In this document: one piece after another, positions 1-9,176 of the stretch
Layout of the letters: each line of letters opens with the position of its first letter
Position numbering within the stretch: position 1 is the stretch's first letter
From: a virus
Virus record (IMG/VR): IMGVR_UViG_3300023049_000574
Location: 64,001 to 128,000 of that record
Reading direction: 5' to 3' (one strand)
DNA length: 64,000 bases
Made by a program: the position numbers and the translations under genes
The notes under the pieces: generated by a model
Told to the model about the DNA's origin: nothing
Database searches by the model: none
What the model saw: the letters and a program-made list of their open reading frames with translations, nothing else

Positions 1-527
1 CCCCCACTTCCTGTAACCGTGAATGGACTAATAATAGTTTCTTGGAAGTCTTGAAGATTTGTCGGAAGCGTCATCTCGACTATGCCTGAGTCGCCCATGA
101 AATAATATTTGTTATTGCTTTGTAAATAATATGGCTGCTGTAAACTAAGAGGGTTTACATAAGCAGATGTGATGAAATCTAAAAAAGAGAAATCTTGTGA
201 ATGGTATCTAGCCAAGATTATACTACCACCTGTTCCTGATAAGTTAACTGATGCTAAATATAAATAGTTGTTTGTTCTATCGAATTCTTGTGTTTGTACA
301 TAACTAAAGTCAACACCTAACCCTGTTACTTTAAAGAAAACTTTTAAAAAGAAATCTAGTAGTATATTACCACCCGCACCTGCTGCGGGACTAAATACTT
401 CTTCGTTTATTATATCATTTGATCTTATCCAAGCATATCTTCTTACTATTTCTTGTGATATTGATTTATTTGCTGCTCTAACTTGATTTACTATTCTATT
501 ATATAGTTGACGGAAATACCCAAACAT
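1..527 (-). CDS. Partial ORF running off the window edge, possibly a virion protein
   Basis: Open frame MFGYFRQLYNRIVNQVRAANKS... from the ATG at 527 to the window edge; TAATATATA upstream on the minus strand. Confidence 0.6.
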   Translation of the reverse strand, partial: MFGYFRQLYNRIVNQVRAANKSISQEIVRRYAWIRSNDIINEEVFSPAAGAGGNILLDFFLKVFFKVTGLGVDFSYVQTQEFDRTNNYLYLASVNLSGTGGSIILARYHSQDFSFLDFITSAYVNPLSLQQPYYLQSNNKYYFMGDSGIVEMTLPTNLQDFQETIISPFTVTGSG

Positions 528-554
528 ACTTTAATGCTTTATTTAGTTTATATA

Positions 555-1211
555 TTAATTATAAACAGCCCTTTCGACATCTATGGATGCTGAAATATCA
601 GCTTCACAGTACTTCTTAATTCGCTCTAAATCATTTTCCCAAAACACTCTATGTACGTCCTTTCCCGACATATCAAATTTAGGTGTATCGATTCCTAGCT
701 CATAACAAACTTCTTCGAAGCTATATGTTGAATATGCTCTTTGTTTCCAATCTTCATAAATATCTACGATCATGGTTTCCCACGGTTTCTTATTGTATAT
801 ATCCAATATAGGAGCAGGTTGTATCCCGTATTTATGCATCTTATGTAATACCCAAGGAATATCAAAGTGTTTAATGTTATATCCCGATAGATGGAAACCA
901 TTACGTGAGATCTTTTCTAAGCTTTTATTAAATCCTTCTATGATCTTTTTTTCTTCATCGCCATATATGGATTTTATTTCCTTTTCACCACCAGCAGTTT
1001 GGAATCCCATAGATATACAACATATACTCCCATATGTTGATACAATAGAACAACGGCTTAAGTACGCTTCTTCTATTGTTTCATCTTCTTTGTGCCAATA
1101 CGTATCATATTTGTTTCTAAATATTTTAGCTCCTTGTGGATCGTTAGATTCAAAGGTTTCGAAGTCTTTATATTGACCCCTTGTTTCGATATCAAAATGC
1201 ATTAATTTCAT
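555..1211 (-). CDS. PolB-type 3'-5' exonuclease (DEDDy), stand-alone
   Basis: ExoI FDIET, ExoII GYNIKHFD, ExoIII YCEAD; start placed at MKLMHF, just after an AAAC-N17-TATA motif. Confidence 0.85.
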   Translation of the reverse strand: MKLMHFDIETRGQYKDFETFESNDPQGAKIFRNKYDTYWHKEDETIEEAYLSRCSIVSTYGSICCISMGFQTAGGEKEIKSIYGDEEKKIIEGFNKSLEKISRNGFHLSGYNIKHFDIPWVLHKMHKYGIQPAPILDIYNKKPWETMIVDIYEDWKQRAYSTYSFEEVCYELGIDTPKFDMSGKDVHRVFWENDLERIKKYCEADISASIDVERAVYN

Positions 1212-1487
1212 GCTATGTATATACAATAATTAATATTTGTTTAAAATTAATTGTTAACAACTTGTGTAAAAACGTGTATATTTGTATAAACCTTAATTTT
1301 TTTATTATGGAAAAAATCATTATTAAAGAGATAAGAGATAATACAGTTCTTCCTGATTGTCAGAAACTTATCAATACACAGGGAAGAAGTATTTGTAATA
1401 TATAATCCAATTATAGAATCGGGAAGTACTTAAAAAAGTTCTAAACTTTTTGATTACAAGTACTATAACAAAAAATATTACACGATA

Positions 1488-2303
1488 ATGAGTGATAATA
1501 AAAAACAGTTCTCAGACCTATTAAAACGGTTTGCAGACGAAGGGTTAATCACTTTCAACAAAGACATCAGTTCTTTGGAGGAAATGATAGAAGACCCAAA
1601 TACTAGTGGGGAGTCGGACGGGGTATATGATGATGATTTAGTCATTTCTATTGATATAGAACATGAGCAATTCATGAACATCTTTTTAAAAGATGAACAT
1701 ATATTCGATGAGTTATTTAACTGTAACACTGTATATGGGTTACAAAAAAATATTAACAAAATTTCAACTAAGTACAAGAAGATCGGCTACAACGATGATA
1801 ATGGTAGTAGCGGAAAGAACAAATTCGCAGGTGATTTATTTGAGATATTTGGTGAAATATTTTTTAAATTAACCTCAACCGATTCAAGAGTTGGTGTTAC
1901 TGAGTACCATCCTATTAAGGACAAAGATGACTTTGGTGTAGATGGTATAGGTAAAGCTATGAACGGAAAAAGGTGCGCTATTCAGATAAAGTTCAGGACT
2001 AATGTAGGAACAGAACTCATAGCAGAAGATTTAGGTAACTTCCAAGGGCAAGCATATAGAAAGTATAATGTTCCCGTAGATACTACTGAGAATTTAATAA
2101 TACTAACTAATTGTAAAGGATTACATTGGAATACAGCAACAAACGTTCTTGATGGGACAGTTATATGTTTCGATTATAATAATCCGAAGTCAACACATTC
2201 TTTAAATGACTTACTCAACCAAAATGATTCGTTTTGGAAATCAGCAAATAGTGTTATACGATATAACATAGATAATATAATGAATACATATGGGATTAGA
2301 TAA
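1488..2303 (+). CDS. PD-(D/E)xK (Mrr-like) restriction endonuclease domain protein
   Basis: GDLFE...DDFGVDGIG...AIQIK matches the E..D..QxK pattern of Mrr-like nucleases; first gene of an operon with a helicase and an MTase. Confidence 0.7.
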   Translation: MSDNKKQFSDLLKRFADEGLITFNKDISSLEEMIEDPNTSGESDGVYDDDLVISIDIEHEQFMNIFLKDEHIFDELFNCNTVYGLQKNINKISTKYKKIGYNDDNGSSGKNKFAGDLFEIFGEIFFKLTSTDSRVGVTEYHPIKDKDDFGVDGIGKAMNGKRCAIQIKFRTNVGTELIAEDLGNFQGQAYRKYNVPVDTTENLIILTNCKGLHWNTATNVLDGTVICFDYNNPKSTHSLNDLLNQNDSFWKSANSVIRYNIDNIMNTYGIR

Positions 2304-3900
2304 TCTGATCAAAACAATGAATAGTGATCAGGTTCGTGTGTTTAACGAAATTGATCGAAACAAAAGACTTCAAATCTGTATGCCTACGGGTTGGGGGAAG
2401 GGGTATATCATGATGTTATCTTTATTACATAAGTTCCTTAATAAAGATGAAGATATAGCTGCTATTGCCTCACATAGATTAACTCTTAACCACCAACACA
2501 TTGGTGATATGATATCTACCTACGCTGATGATATTGACAAACTTGGTTTCATATTTGTAGGATCGGATGGTTTTGATTTCTCTTCTATTTTATCTAATCA
2601 AGACGACAATTATATATCTAACCCTGAGACAAAAAAGAAAATATTTCAAATACTTTATAAAAATAAAATAAGTTTTAAAGATATTGCTGTTAATACTCTG
2701 TCTAACAAAGATGTATTAAATGCTGTGGCTAGATATAGATCAATGGGTAAAAAGATAATTATCGTAAGTACTTATCATAGTTTAGATAAATTATCAGATA
2801 TCAATATAGATAGCCTTTATTGTGATGAAGCACATACCTTAGCATCAGAAGATTCGAGAAGTAACTTCAAAGTTAATTATGATTTAATCACAAAAAAGAA
2901 TTGTTATTTCTTTACAGCTACACCTAAGGATTGTGCGGATGACCTGATGGGTCAGTTTCTAATGGATAATGAGCATATATTTGGTAACCGAATTGAGATG
3001 TCATTAAGAGATGCACACAAAGGAGGATATATCGCTAAACTAATGTTACATACATTAGAACCCGAAAATTATAACCATGAAGACTATGATAATATAACCA
3101 ATAAGATTCTTCTTATAGAGAGTGCGTACAAAGAACATACTAAAATATTAAAAGAAAATTCTTCTTTTCCTGATGACATAGAACCCAAACTTCTTATCAA
3201 GTGTGATTCTGTAGATACGATGTGGATGTTAAATAAAAGATTAGTGAATAGAAACCTTGGAACAGGGGTTAGGATATTTTCAGGCGCATCTAGGAAATTT
3301 AAAGAGAAAGCTACTTACGAAATAGATGGAGAGAAGGTAGATAAAGGAACTCACCTTAGGGTTATGAAAGATCTTAAAGACACAGAAAGAGCTATTGTAT
3401 TACACGTAGATACTTTATCAGAAGGCGTAAATGTAAAAAGCTTCACAGGTGTTTTATTCTTATCAGATAAAGTTCCTACAACAACTAAGATATTACAGAA
3501 TTCGGGTAGAGCAGCTAGGTTAATGAAACAAGATAGAGAGAATTTAAGAAAGGGTAAGATCACCACTGATAGTTACGAAGGTTGGTTGAAACCATGTGCT
3601 TATGTAATATTACCTTGTTATAATCCCGAATCATTTTATAGTCAGAGAACGGTTGCTAATATTATACAAAAATTCCAAACAGGTGATAGTGCAGAATATT
3701 ATATCTCGATAGGGTCTGATACTTGTAAAGTACATAATAACCAAATAGAAGATATGAAAGGAACTTTTATAAGTGACAAAGATTTTAAAACTAAAGTGGA
3801 TAAGATAACACATAGTATAGAGAGAATAAATATAAGTGAAGATGACCTAAGATTAAATAGTCTTAGTAAAATAGAACTACTAAAAGAAAAATTTAACTAA
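2290..3900 (+). CDS. SF2 helicase/translocase (restriction-type)
   Basis: MPTGWGKG (motif I variant), DEAH, TATP, LSEGVN, QNSGRAAR. Confidence 0.85.
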   Translation: MGLDNLIKTMNSDQVRVFNEIDRNKRLQICMPTGWGKGYIMMLSLLHKFLNKDEDIAAIASHRLTLNHQHIGDMISTYADDIDKLGFIFVGSDGFDFSSILSNQDDNYISNPETKKKIFQILYKNKISFKDIAVNTLSNKDVLNAVARYRSMGKKIIIVSTYHSLDKLSDINIDSLYCDEAHTLASEDSRSNFKVNYDLITKKNCYFFTATPKDCADDLMGQFLMDNEHIFGNRIEMSLRDAHKGGYIAKLMLHTLEPENYNHEDYDNITNKILLIESAYKEHTKILKENSSFPDDIEPKLLIKCDSVDTMWMLNKRLVNRNLGTGVRIFSGASRKFKEKATYEIDGEKVDKGTHLRVMKDLKDTERAIVLHVDTLSEGVNVKSFTGVLFLSDKVPTTTKILQNSGRAARLMKQDRENLRKGKITTDSYEGWLKPCAYVILPCYNPESFYSQRTVANIIQKFQTGDSAEYYISIGSDTCKVHNNQIEDMKGTFISDKDFKTKVDKITHSIERINISEDDLRLNSLSKIELLKEKFN

Positions 3901-5558
3901 TGGAAGATTTAATAAATAAAAATTTAGATTTCACAAAAGATAACCTCGGTGTAGATAATTCGAATAGTTTCACTTATTCTGATCAGGCTTATGATACTTT
4001 TAATAAGAGTGGCTATAGTAATATCTTCCAAAGGTCGATAGATAGTGTGATTTTAAATAAGTATGGTAAGCTAGAAGAGAAGGAATATATTAATGCTATG
4101 AAAACTGAACAAAAGAGAATGTCAATTCTATCTCTTTTGAATAAAGATAACGCACTATGGTCTAAGATATTTGATTCTGCTTATAACACACAATTGAATT
4201 TTAGTGAAATAGAATTATTAGTTCCTTATTTAAGACAATATACTAATGGCTTAGTAGACACAAAAAGATTTGGTGATATTAAAACACCTGTCTTTATCGT
4301 AGAACATATGTTAGATAAACTTCCTAAAGAGGTATGGTCTGATCCACATTTGAAGTGGTTAGATCCTGTTGTTGGTATGGGTATTTTCCCAATTTATGTA
4401 ATAGATCGATTGATGAAAGGACTTCGTTATTATAATGACGGTAAATTAGATCTAAGTGATAGTAAAATGAGGTATAAGCATATTGTTGAGAATATGATTT
4501 ATACTGCTGATATACAAGCAATTAAACTATTCGAATATAACACATTAGTTGACCCGAAAAATCTATATAATATGAATCAATATTGGGGTTCTTTTACGGC
4601 TTCTGATTTTGATAATTATATGGAAAGGGTATGGTGTGTAGATAGCTTTGATATAATCCTTGGTAATCCACCATATCAAGAAGAAAACCCAATCAATAAG
4701 AGAAGTAAAACAATTTACAATGATTTCTTCACTAAGGCTATGAGTATATCTGATAAGACAATATTTCTAACACCTAGTAGATGGATGACAGGTGGATTTA
4801 AATTAGACACTTTTAGAGAAACTATGATCAAGTCTAATATAAGAGAGATCATTCATTACGAAGATGCTAGAGATATATTCGGATATAATGTTAAGATACG
4901 TGGTGGGGTATCATTTACGTATGTAGATAAAGATTATAACGATTTACCTAAGTTCAATGGTATGGAAATTGATTTAGATCAATTTGATATCATAGTAGAT
5001 CCTAGGTATACAGACCTTTTAAATAAAGTGATTGAAATCACAGATAGTTCTCTTTCTAGTAGGGTGAAGAGTCAAAACTATTTCGGTTTCCCTGCTAACG
5101 AAAGTCTTTTCAAAGAAGAAGAATCTGAAGATAGTGTTAAAGTATATGTATCTAAGAAAAAGGGAGAAACTATGTGGGTTAATAAGAATCATATTAGGGA
5201 TAGTTATAAATTAGAAGGCTATAAAGTATTCACACCTGCTGCTTCGGGTTCTACAAAAGAGTTAGGCGCATTTGGTAATAAGATAATAGGATACCCAAGC
5301 GAGGTTGCTTCTAAGTCATATGTAGTAATTCCTGTGGATTCAGAACAAGAAGCACAGTCATTAGTATCATATATGAATACTAAATTTTGTAACTTCTTTT
5401 TATCATTGAGGAAGAAGACACAGAATATAAAACCTGATACGTGTAAGTGGATTCCTAATATACCACTTGATCGAATTTGGAACGATGAAGAATTATATAA
5501 CTGTTTCGAACTAACGAAAGAAGAAATCGGATTAATCGAAAATGGGATTATTCTTTAA
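3900..5558 (+). CDS. N6-adenine DNA methyltransferase (Eco57I/gamma-like) with C-terminal target recognition region
   Basis: WLDPVVGMGIF (SAM-binding) before GNPPY; LTPSRW; TAATG stop/start overlap with the helicase. Confidence 0.85.
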   Translation: MEDLINKNLDFTKDNLGVDNSNSFTYSDQAYDTFNKSGYSNIFQRSIDSVILNKYGKLEEKEYINAMKTEQKRMSILSLLNKDNALWSKIFDSAYNTQLNFSEIELLVPYLRQYTNGLVDTKRFGDIKTPVFIVEHMLDKLPKEVWSDPHLKWLDPVVGMGIFPIYVIDRLMKGLRYYNDGKLDLSDSKMRYKHIVENMIYTADIQAIKLFEYNTLVDPKNLYNMNQYWGSFTASDFDNYMERVWCVDSFDIILGNPPYQEENPINKRSKTIYNDFFTKAMSISDKTIFLTPSRWMTGGFKLDTFRETMIKSNIREIIHYEDARDIFGYNVKIRGGVSFTYVDKDYNDLPKFNGMEIDLDQFDIIVDPRYTDLLNKVIEITDSSLSSRVKSQNYFGFPANESLFKEEESEDSVKVYVSKKKGETMWVNKNHIRDSYKLEGYKVFTPAASGSTKELGAFGNKIIGYPSEVASKSYVVIPVDSEQEAQSLVSYMNTKFCNFFLSLRKKTQNIKPDTCKWIPNIPLDRIWNDEELYNCFELTKEEIGLIENGIIL

Positions 5559-5568
5559 TATATAACAT

Positions 5569-6063
5569 GTGAAATATATTAAAGTCTTCGAACAACACAC
5601 TAATAATAATCCATACACTGACTATTGTAATGCACAAGATTTAGACTCTGTTAAAGAATTAATACAAAAGGGAGTAGATCCAAGTGTGAATAATAATGTT
5701 GTATTGGTGTGGGCATCCTATTTTGGTTATTCCGATATTGTTGAACTTTTATTAAATGATAGTAGAGTAGATCCAAGTGATAAACATAATGAAGCACTTA
5801 AAGTAGCTATAAGAAAAGGACACATTAATATAGTTAAGCTGCTACTAAACGATAGTAGAATAGATTTAAGTGATTTAGATAAGTATGATGCGGATTTTAA
5901 TACCGAAGTAGATAAATTGTTAAACTCAGCCAAATCTATAAATGATGATATATTAATTCTACTTTTGAGACAACCTTATATAAAAAATAATATATCAGAC
6001 AGAAAGTTACTACATTATATGAAACCATTCTTAGATGATGTTTTTATAAAAATGAACGAATAA
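5569..6063 (+). CDS. Ankyrin-repeat protein with MKYIKxFE N-terminus
   Basis: DPSxxNN/GHINIVKLLLNDSR repeats; GTG start; ends in IKMNE. Confidence 0.8.
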   Translation: MKYIKVFEQHTNNNPYTDYCNAQDLDSVKELIQKGVDPSVNNNVVLVWASYFGYSDIVELLLNDSRVDPSDKHNEALKVAIRKGHINIVKLLLNDSRIDLSDLDKYDADFNTEVDKLLNSAKSINDDILILLLRQPYIKNNISDRKLLHYMKPFLDDVFIKMNE

Positions 6064-6078
6064 TTTTATATATAGGAT

Positions 6079-6501
6079 ATGAACAATTATATTATTAATA
6101 ACTTTAAAGCCTTTTCAACTGAATATTATGATTCTTTTAAGGAATCTGATTTCCCAAAGACTATTGAATTCAATAAGCCATATAAGATCAAATTCAAGAA
6201 AAGCCATTTGGTTGCAGGATCTAATAAATTCTATTTAGTTTATGTATTAGAGGGTGGTCAACCACAAGATAATAATCCATATTCGGGTGATATTCCTGAA
6301 AAAATAACTATTGATGTTGGGTTTACCTATAAAGAAGAAGGCACTAAGATCTATGTCACAATAATTGGTGGTGTTAGGAATTGGTATGGGTTCTCTTATG
6401 AAGATAAGAAGGTTAAAGACATCGAAGTAACTGAATATAAATTGACTAAAGGTTCAAAGGATAAATTAATCAAATCTTTAAATAAATATTCTAAGAATTA
6501 A
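6079..6501 (+). CDS. Hypothetical protein
   Basis: ORF with TATATA motif upstream. Confidence 0.6.
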   Translation: MNNYIINNFKAFSTEYYDSFKESDFPKTIEFNKPYKIKFKKSHLVAGSNKFYLVYVLEGGQPQDNNPYSGDIPEKITIDVGFTYKEEGTKIYVTIIGGVRNWYGFSYEDKKVKDIEVTEYKLTKGSKDKLIKSLNKYSKN

Positions 6502-6518
6502 TCTTACATTTGTAACCT

Positions 6519-6848
6519 ATGGGTTCAATTGTCTTTAAAATGGATTTACTGCTTGCGTATGCTATGGATGGTGATGTAAAACACGTTAAAAACTTATTAG
6601 ATGCTAATAGCAAGCTAATGGAATTAGACATATTCTATTTAGTGGGGACTACTATAAGAAGACATCTAGTGGATAATCGAAAAAGAGAAAATATGATTGA
6701 AATAGTTAATCATATTTTAGATCAACCTTATGTTGATATCAATGTTCTTATTGAGAACAAAGACGATCTTTTAGGAAGAAGATTAGTAGATGAATTAAAA
6801 GAACTCAAAAGAAAAAGACGTAATAATTTAATTGATAAAATCATATAA
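6519..6848 (+). CDS. Hypothetical protein with C-terminal RxxxID tag
   Basis: TACATTTG at 6505-6512; ends RRNNLIDKII. Confidence 0.6.
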   Translation: MGSIVFKMDLLLAYAMDGDVKHVKNLLDANSKLMELDIFYLVGTTIRRHLVDNRKRENMIEIVNHILDQPYVDINVLIENKDDLLGRRLVDELKELKRKRRNNLIDKII

Positions 6849-8468
6849 ATGGGACATTATTCACATAGTTGTCAGCTCAGTGGGCTACCTATCACAGATA
6901 ACGAAAAGGTATATTTTCAAATACTAATAAACAACGTATATTATAAATATACTGAAAATGGATACGGTAAATCTAATATAATTTCAAACGATACAACAAG
7001 GCTAAAATTTAATCCATTCGCATTGCCCATTAAAGGTGAGTATAATGGATACGGTAGATTAGAGAATATAGAAGAAGATGAAAATACTAAAATACTAGAA
7101 AAGTATTTTGGGATGCCTATTAAAGAAATAACAGACATCATCTGCTCAAACAGAAAAGATGATGGTTATGACGATATATTAAAGAAACTGAAAACCAATC
7201 CTGAACATGAATATGGGGATAATGTAAAATATAAAGAAGAGTATAAAGAAATCCTATCCTTATCGGCTACTTGGTTTAGAAAAGATGTAGTTGATAAACT
7301 AAATAATAGAAAAAGAGAATATCTTGAGTACCAAATAGGAGAGCCTTATATAGTAGAATACTTAGGGTTTAAACATAAACAAGAAGATACCTATGAAAAA
7401 GATGGAATAGAGCTAATGTGTGGTACATATATAATAGAAACCGAGAAAGGCACACTTTATGATATTAGTAATCTACAACAATATTTGAAGAATAAAAGAA
7501 TTGACACCAACGGAAAGATGGACGAATTAATGGAAATGGATTCTATTGATATATTCTACAATTTCGGTGTGAAAAATATGATAGATTATGAAAACTTTAC
7601 AGAGGAACAAAAAAAGAAGGCTTTAGCTATAATCGAAAAAACATATCCTACTATGTACAAGGTAATAAAAGAAACGGATGGGGATATTATAGATATAATC
7701 AAGAGTATTATGTTATCAGGAGGTAATAATGAATTTGATCATTTTATCCTAAAGTATCAGAATTATGAATCTCCTCTTTATTCTAAGTATGTATCTGTTG
7801 CTAAGAAAGGAGAATTAAAAGAATTAGTTAGGTCTAATAGAACGATAAGTAATTATTTATATGTTACAGGTAGATATTATGACTACGTAGGTACATCGCC
7901 ACAAGATGGTGATTTCGACGAAGTTCAGAACCTATTGAAAGTTTCTTTAGAACTTAATATTAATAAGTATGAAGATAGAGAAGCGGGCGATGTAGATTAC
8001 AATGGTTATGATAACCAATTCCTAAAAGTATCCTGTAAGAAAGGATATCTTAGTGTTATTGAAGACCACTATGAAGAGAATGATTTCGATGTTGAATTAT
8101 TTCGAGTTTTATCAGATCAATCTATATTATATGACCAAGTAGAGATACTTGAGTTCCTTTTTCGGTTAGTATCAACAGAGGGTCACGTGAGTAATTCTTT
8201 CCGTATAGCAGTGGAAAATAATGCTAAGAAGTGTATTGATTTTATAATGAGCCATAATAAGTTCATAAACGAACATATAACCGATAGATTAGTAATTGCT
8301 CATAAAAATGAAGAAGTTTTAATTCGATTATTAAATCACCCTGAGTTTGATTTAGATAAAATAGATTTTGAAGGTTATTATTTGAAACATAATGAGGTAA
8401 CTAAAGTAAGTTTATCGGGTATAATTGCTGATATTAGGGATCAAAAAATAGACGAAATATTATCATAA
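6849..8468 (+). CDS. Hypothetical phage protein with degenerate ankyrin-like C-terminus and RDxKID tag
   Basis: 539-aa ORF; N-terminus CQLSGLPI; ends RDQKIDEILS. Confidence 0.65.
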   Translation: MGHYSHSCQLSGLPITDNEKVYFQILINNVYYKYTENGYGKSNIISNDTTRLKFNPFALPIKGEYNGYGRLENIEEDENTKILEKYFGMPIKEITDIICSNRKDDGYDDILKKLKTNPEHEYGDNVKYKEEYKEILSLSATWFRKDVVDKLNNRKREYLEYQIGEPYIVEYLGFKHKQEDTYEKDGIELMCGTYIIETEKGTLYDISNLQQYLKNKRIDTNGKMDELMEMDSIDIFYNFGVKNMIDYENFTEEQKKKALAIIEKTYPTMYKVIKETDGDIIDIIKSIMLSGGNNEFDHFILKYQNYESPLYSKYVSVAKKGELKELVRSNRTISNYLYVTGRYYDYVGTSPQDGDFDEVQNLLKVSLELNINKYEDREAGDVDYNGYDNQFLKVSCKKGYLSVIEDHYEENDFDVELFRVLSDQSILYDQVEILEFLFRLVSTEGHVSNSFRIAVENNAKKCIDFIMSHNKFINEHITDRLVIAHKNEEVLIRLLNHPEFDLDKIDFEGYYLKHNEVTKVSLSGIIADIRDQKIDEILS

Positions 8469-8544
8469 AACTTTATTTGATAAGCGAATAAAAAAAAGAT
8501 ATAAAATAATTGACGATTTAATTTAATAAACAAGAATTCATTCT

Positions 8545-8552
8545 TATATTTG
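8545..8552 (+). promoter_or_regulatory. Bacteroidota-type -7 promoter element TAnnTTTG (representative copy)
   Basis: Same motif shortly upstream of starts at 1277, 6505, 24599, 30260, 40668, 42511, 43077, 47373, 60190, 62647 (+) and 14426, 28776, 33414, 35544 (-). Confidence 0.75.
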
Positions 8553-8569
8553 TACAAAATAAAAAATAA

Positions 8570-9160
8570 ATGAACACTAGTAAAGAAGAATTCATAGTAT
8601 TAAGACCTGATAATGAAGAAGTATCACAGGAAAAGTTATTTGAGGTGATTGATGAATTTAGGAAAAATGCTGATGAGATCAAAGAGCTGAGTAAAACAAA
8701 TGATGCTAATAAAGCGTTATTAAAACAGATAGGTACTGATGCTTATTTAGAAGAATATAAATTGAGATCTGAAAACCCTGGTTCTGTTATCATTGAAGCT
8801 ATAAAGGACAATAATGTTAAGAGTTTCATGTTTATTCCGAAAGACCAATATCTTCAAATTAAAAGTAAGATGCATGTAGATGATCTTAAAGAAAAATATG
8901 GTGAAGATATTATAGAGAGTTCTAAATCTTATACTTTTAACACAAAATTATTCGAAAAATATAGAACCATATTTGAGCAATTTATTGAGGATTCATTTGA
9001 GATAGAGGAAGAAGATAAGAAGGAACTTATCAAAGAACAAGAAAAATTTTCCATAAAAAAGGGAACAATTGAAGAGATTTCGCATATAAGCTTAGACACG
9101 GGTGAAGAGATCGAAGAAATCTTCGAACAAATTAGTGTCGTAAACAACATAAAAGTATAA
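8570..9160 (+). CDS. Hypothetical acidic/coiled-coil protein
   Basis: ORF preceded by TATATTTG (8545-8552). Confidence 0.6.
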   Translation: MNTSKEEFIVLRPDNEEVSQEKLFEVIDEFRKNADEIKELSKTNDANKALLKQIGTDAYLEEYKLRSENPGSVIIEAIKDNNVKSFMFIPKDQYLQIKSKMHVDDLKEKYGEDIIESSKSYTFNTKLFEKYRTIFEQFIEDSFEIEEEDKKELIKEQEKFSIKKGTIEEISHISLDTGEEIEEIFEQISVVNNIKV

Positions 9161-9176
9161 AAATTAATAATTAAAC

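Noticed and set aside
1181-1405. Short plus-strand ORF (MEKIIIKE...) behind a TAnnTTTG motif
   Set aside because: Only about 32 codons from the plausible ATG, with no recognisable motif, terminator or codon bias; it may be a remnant and cannot be supported.
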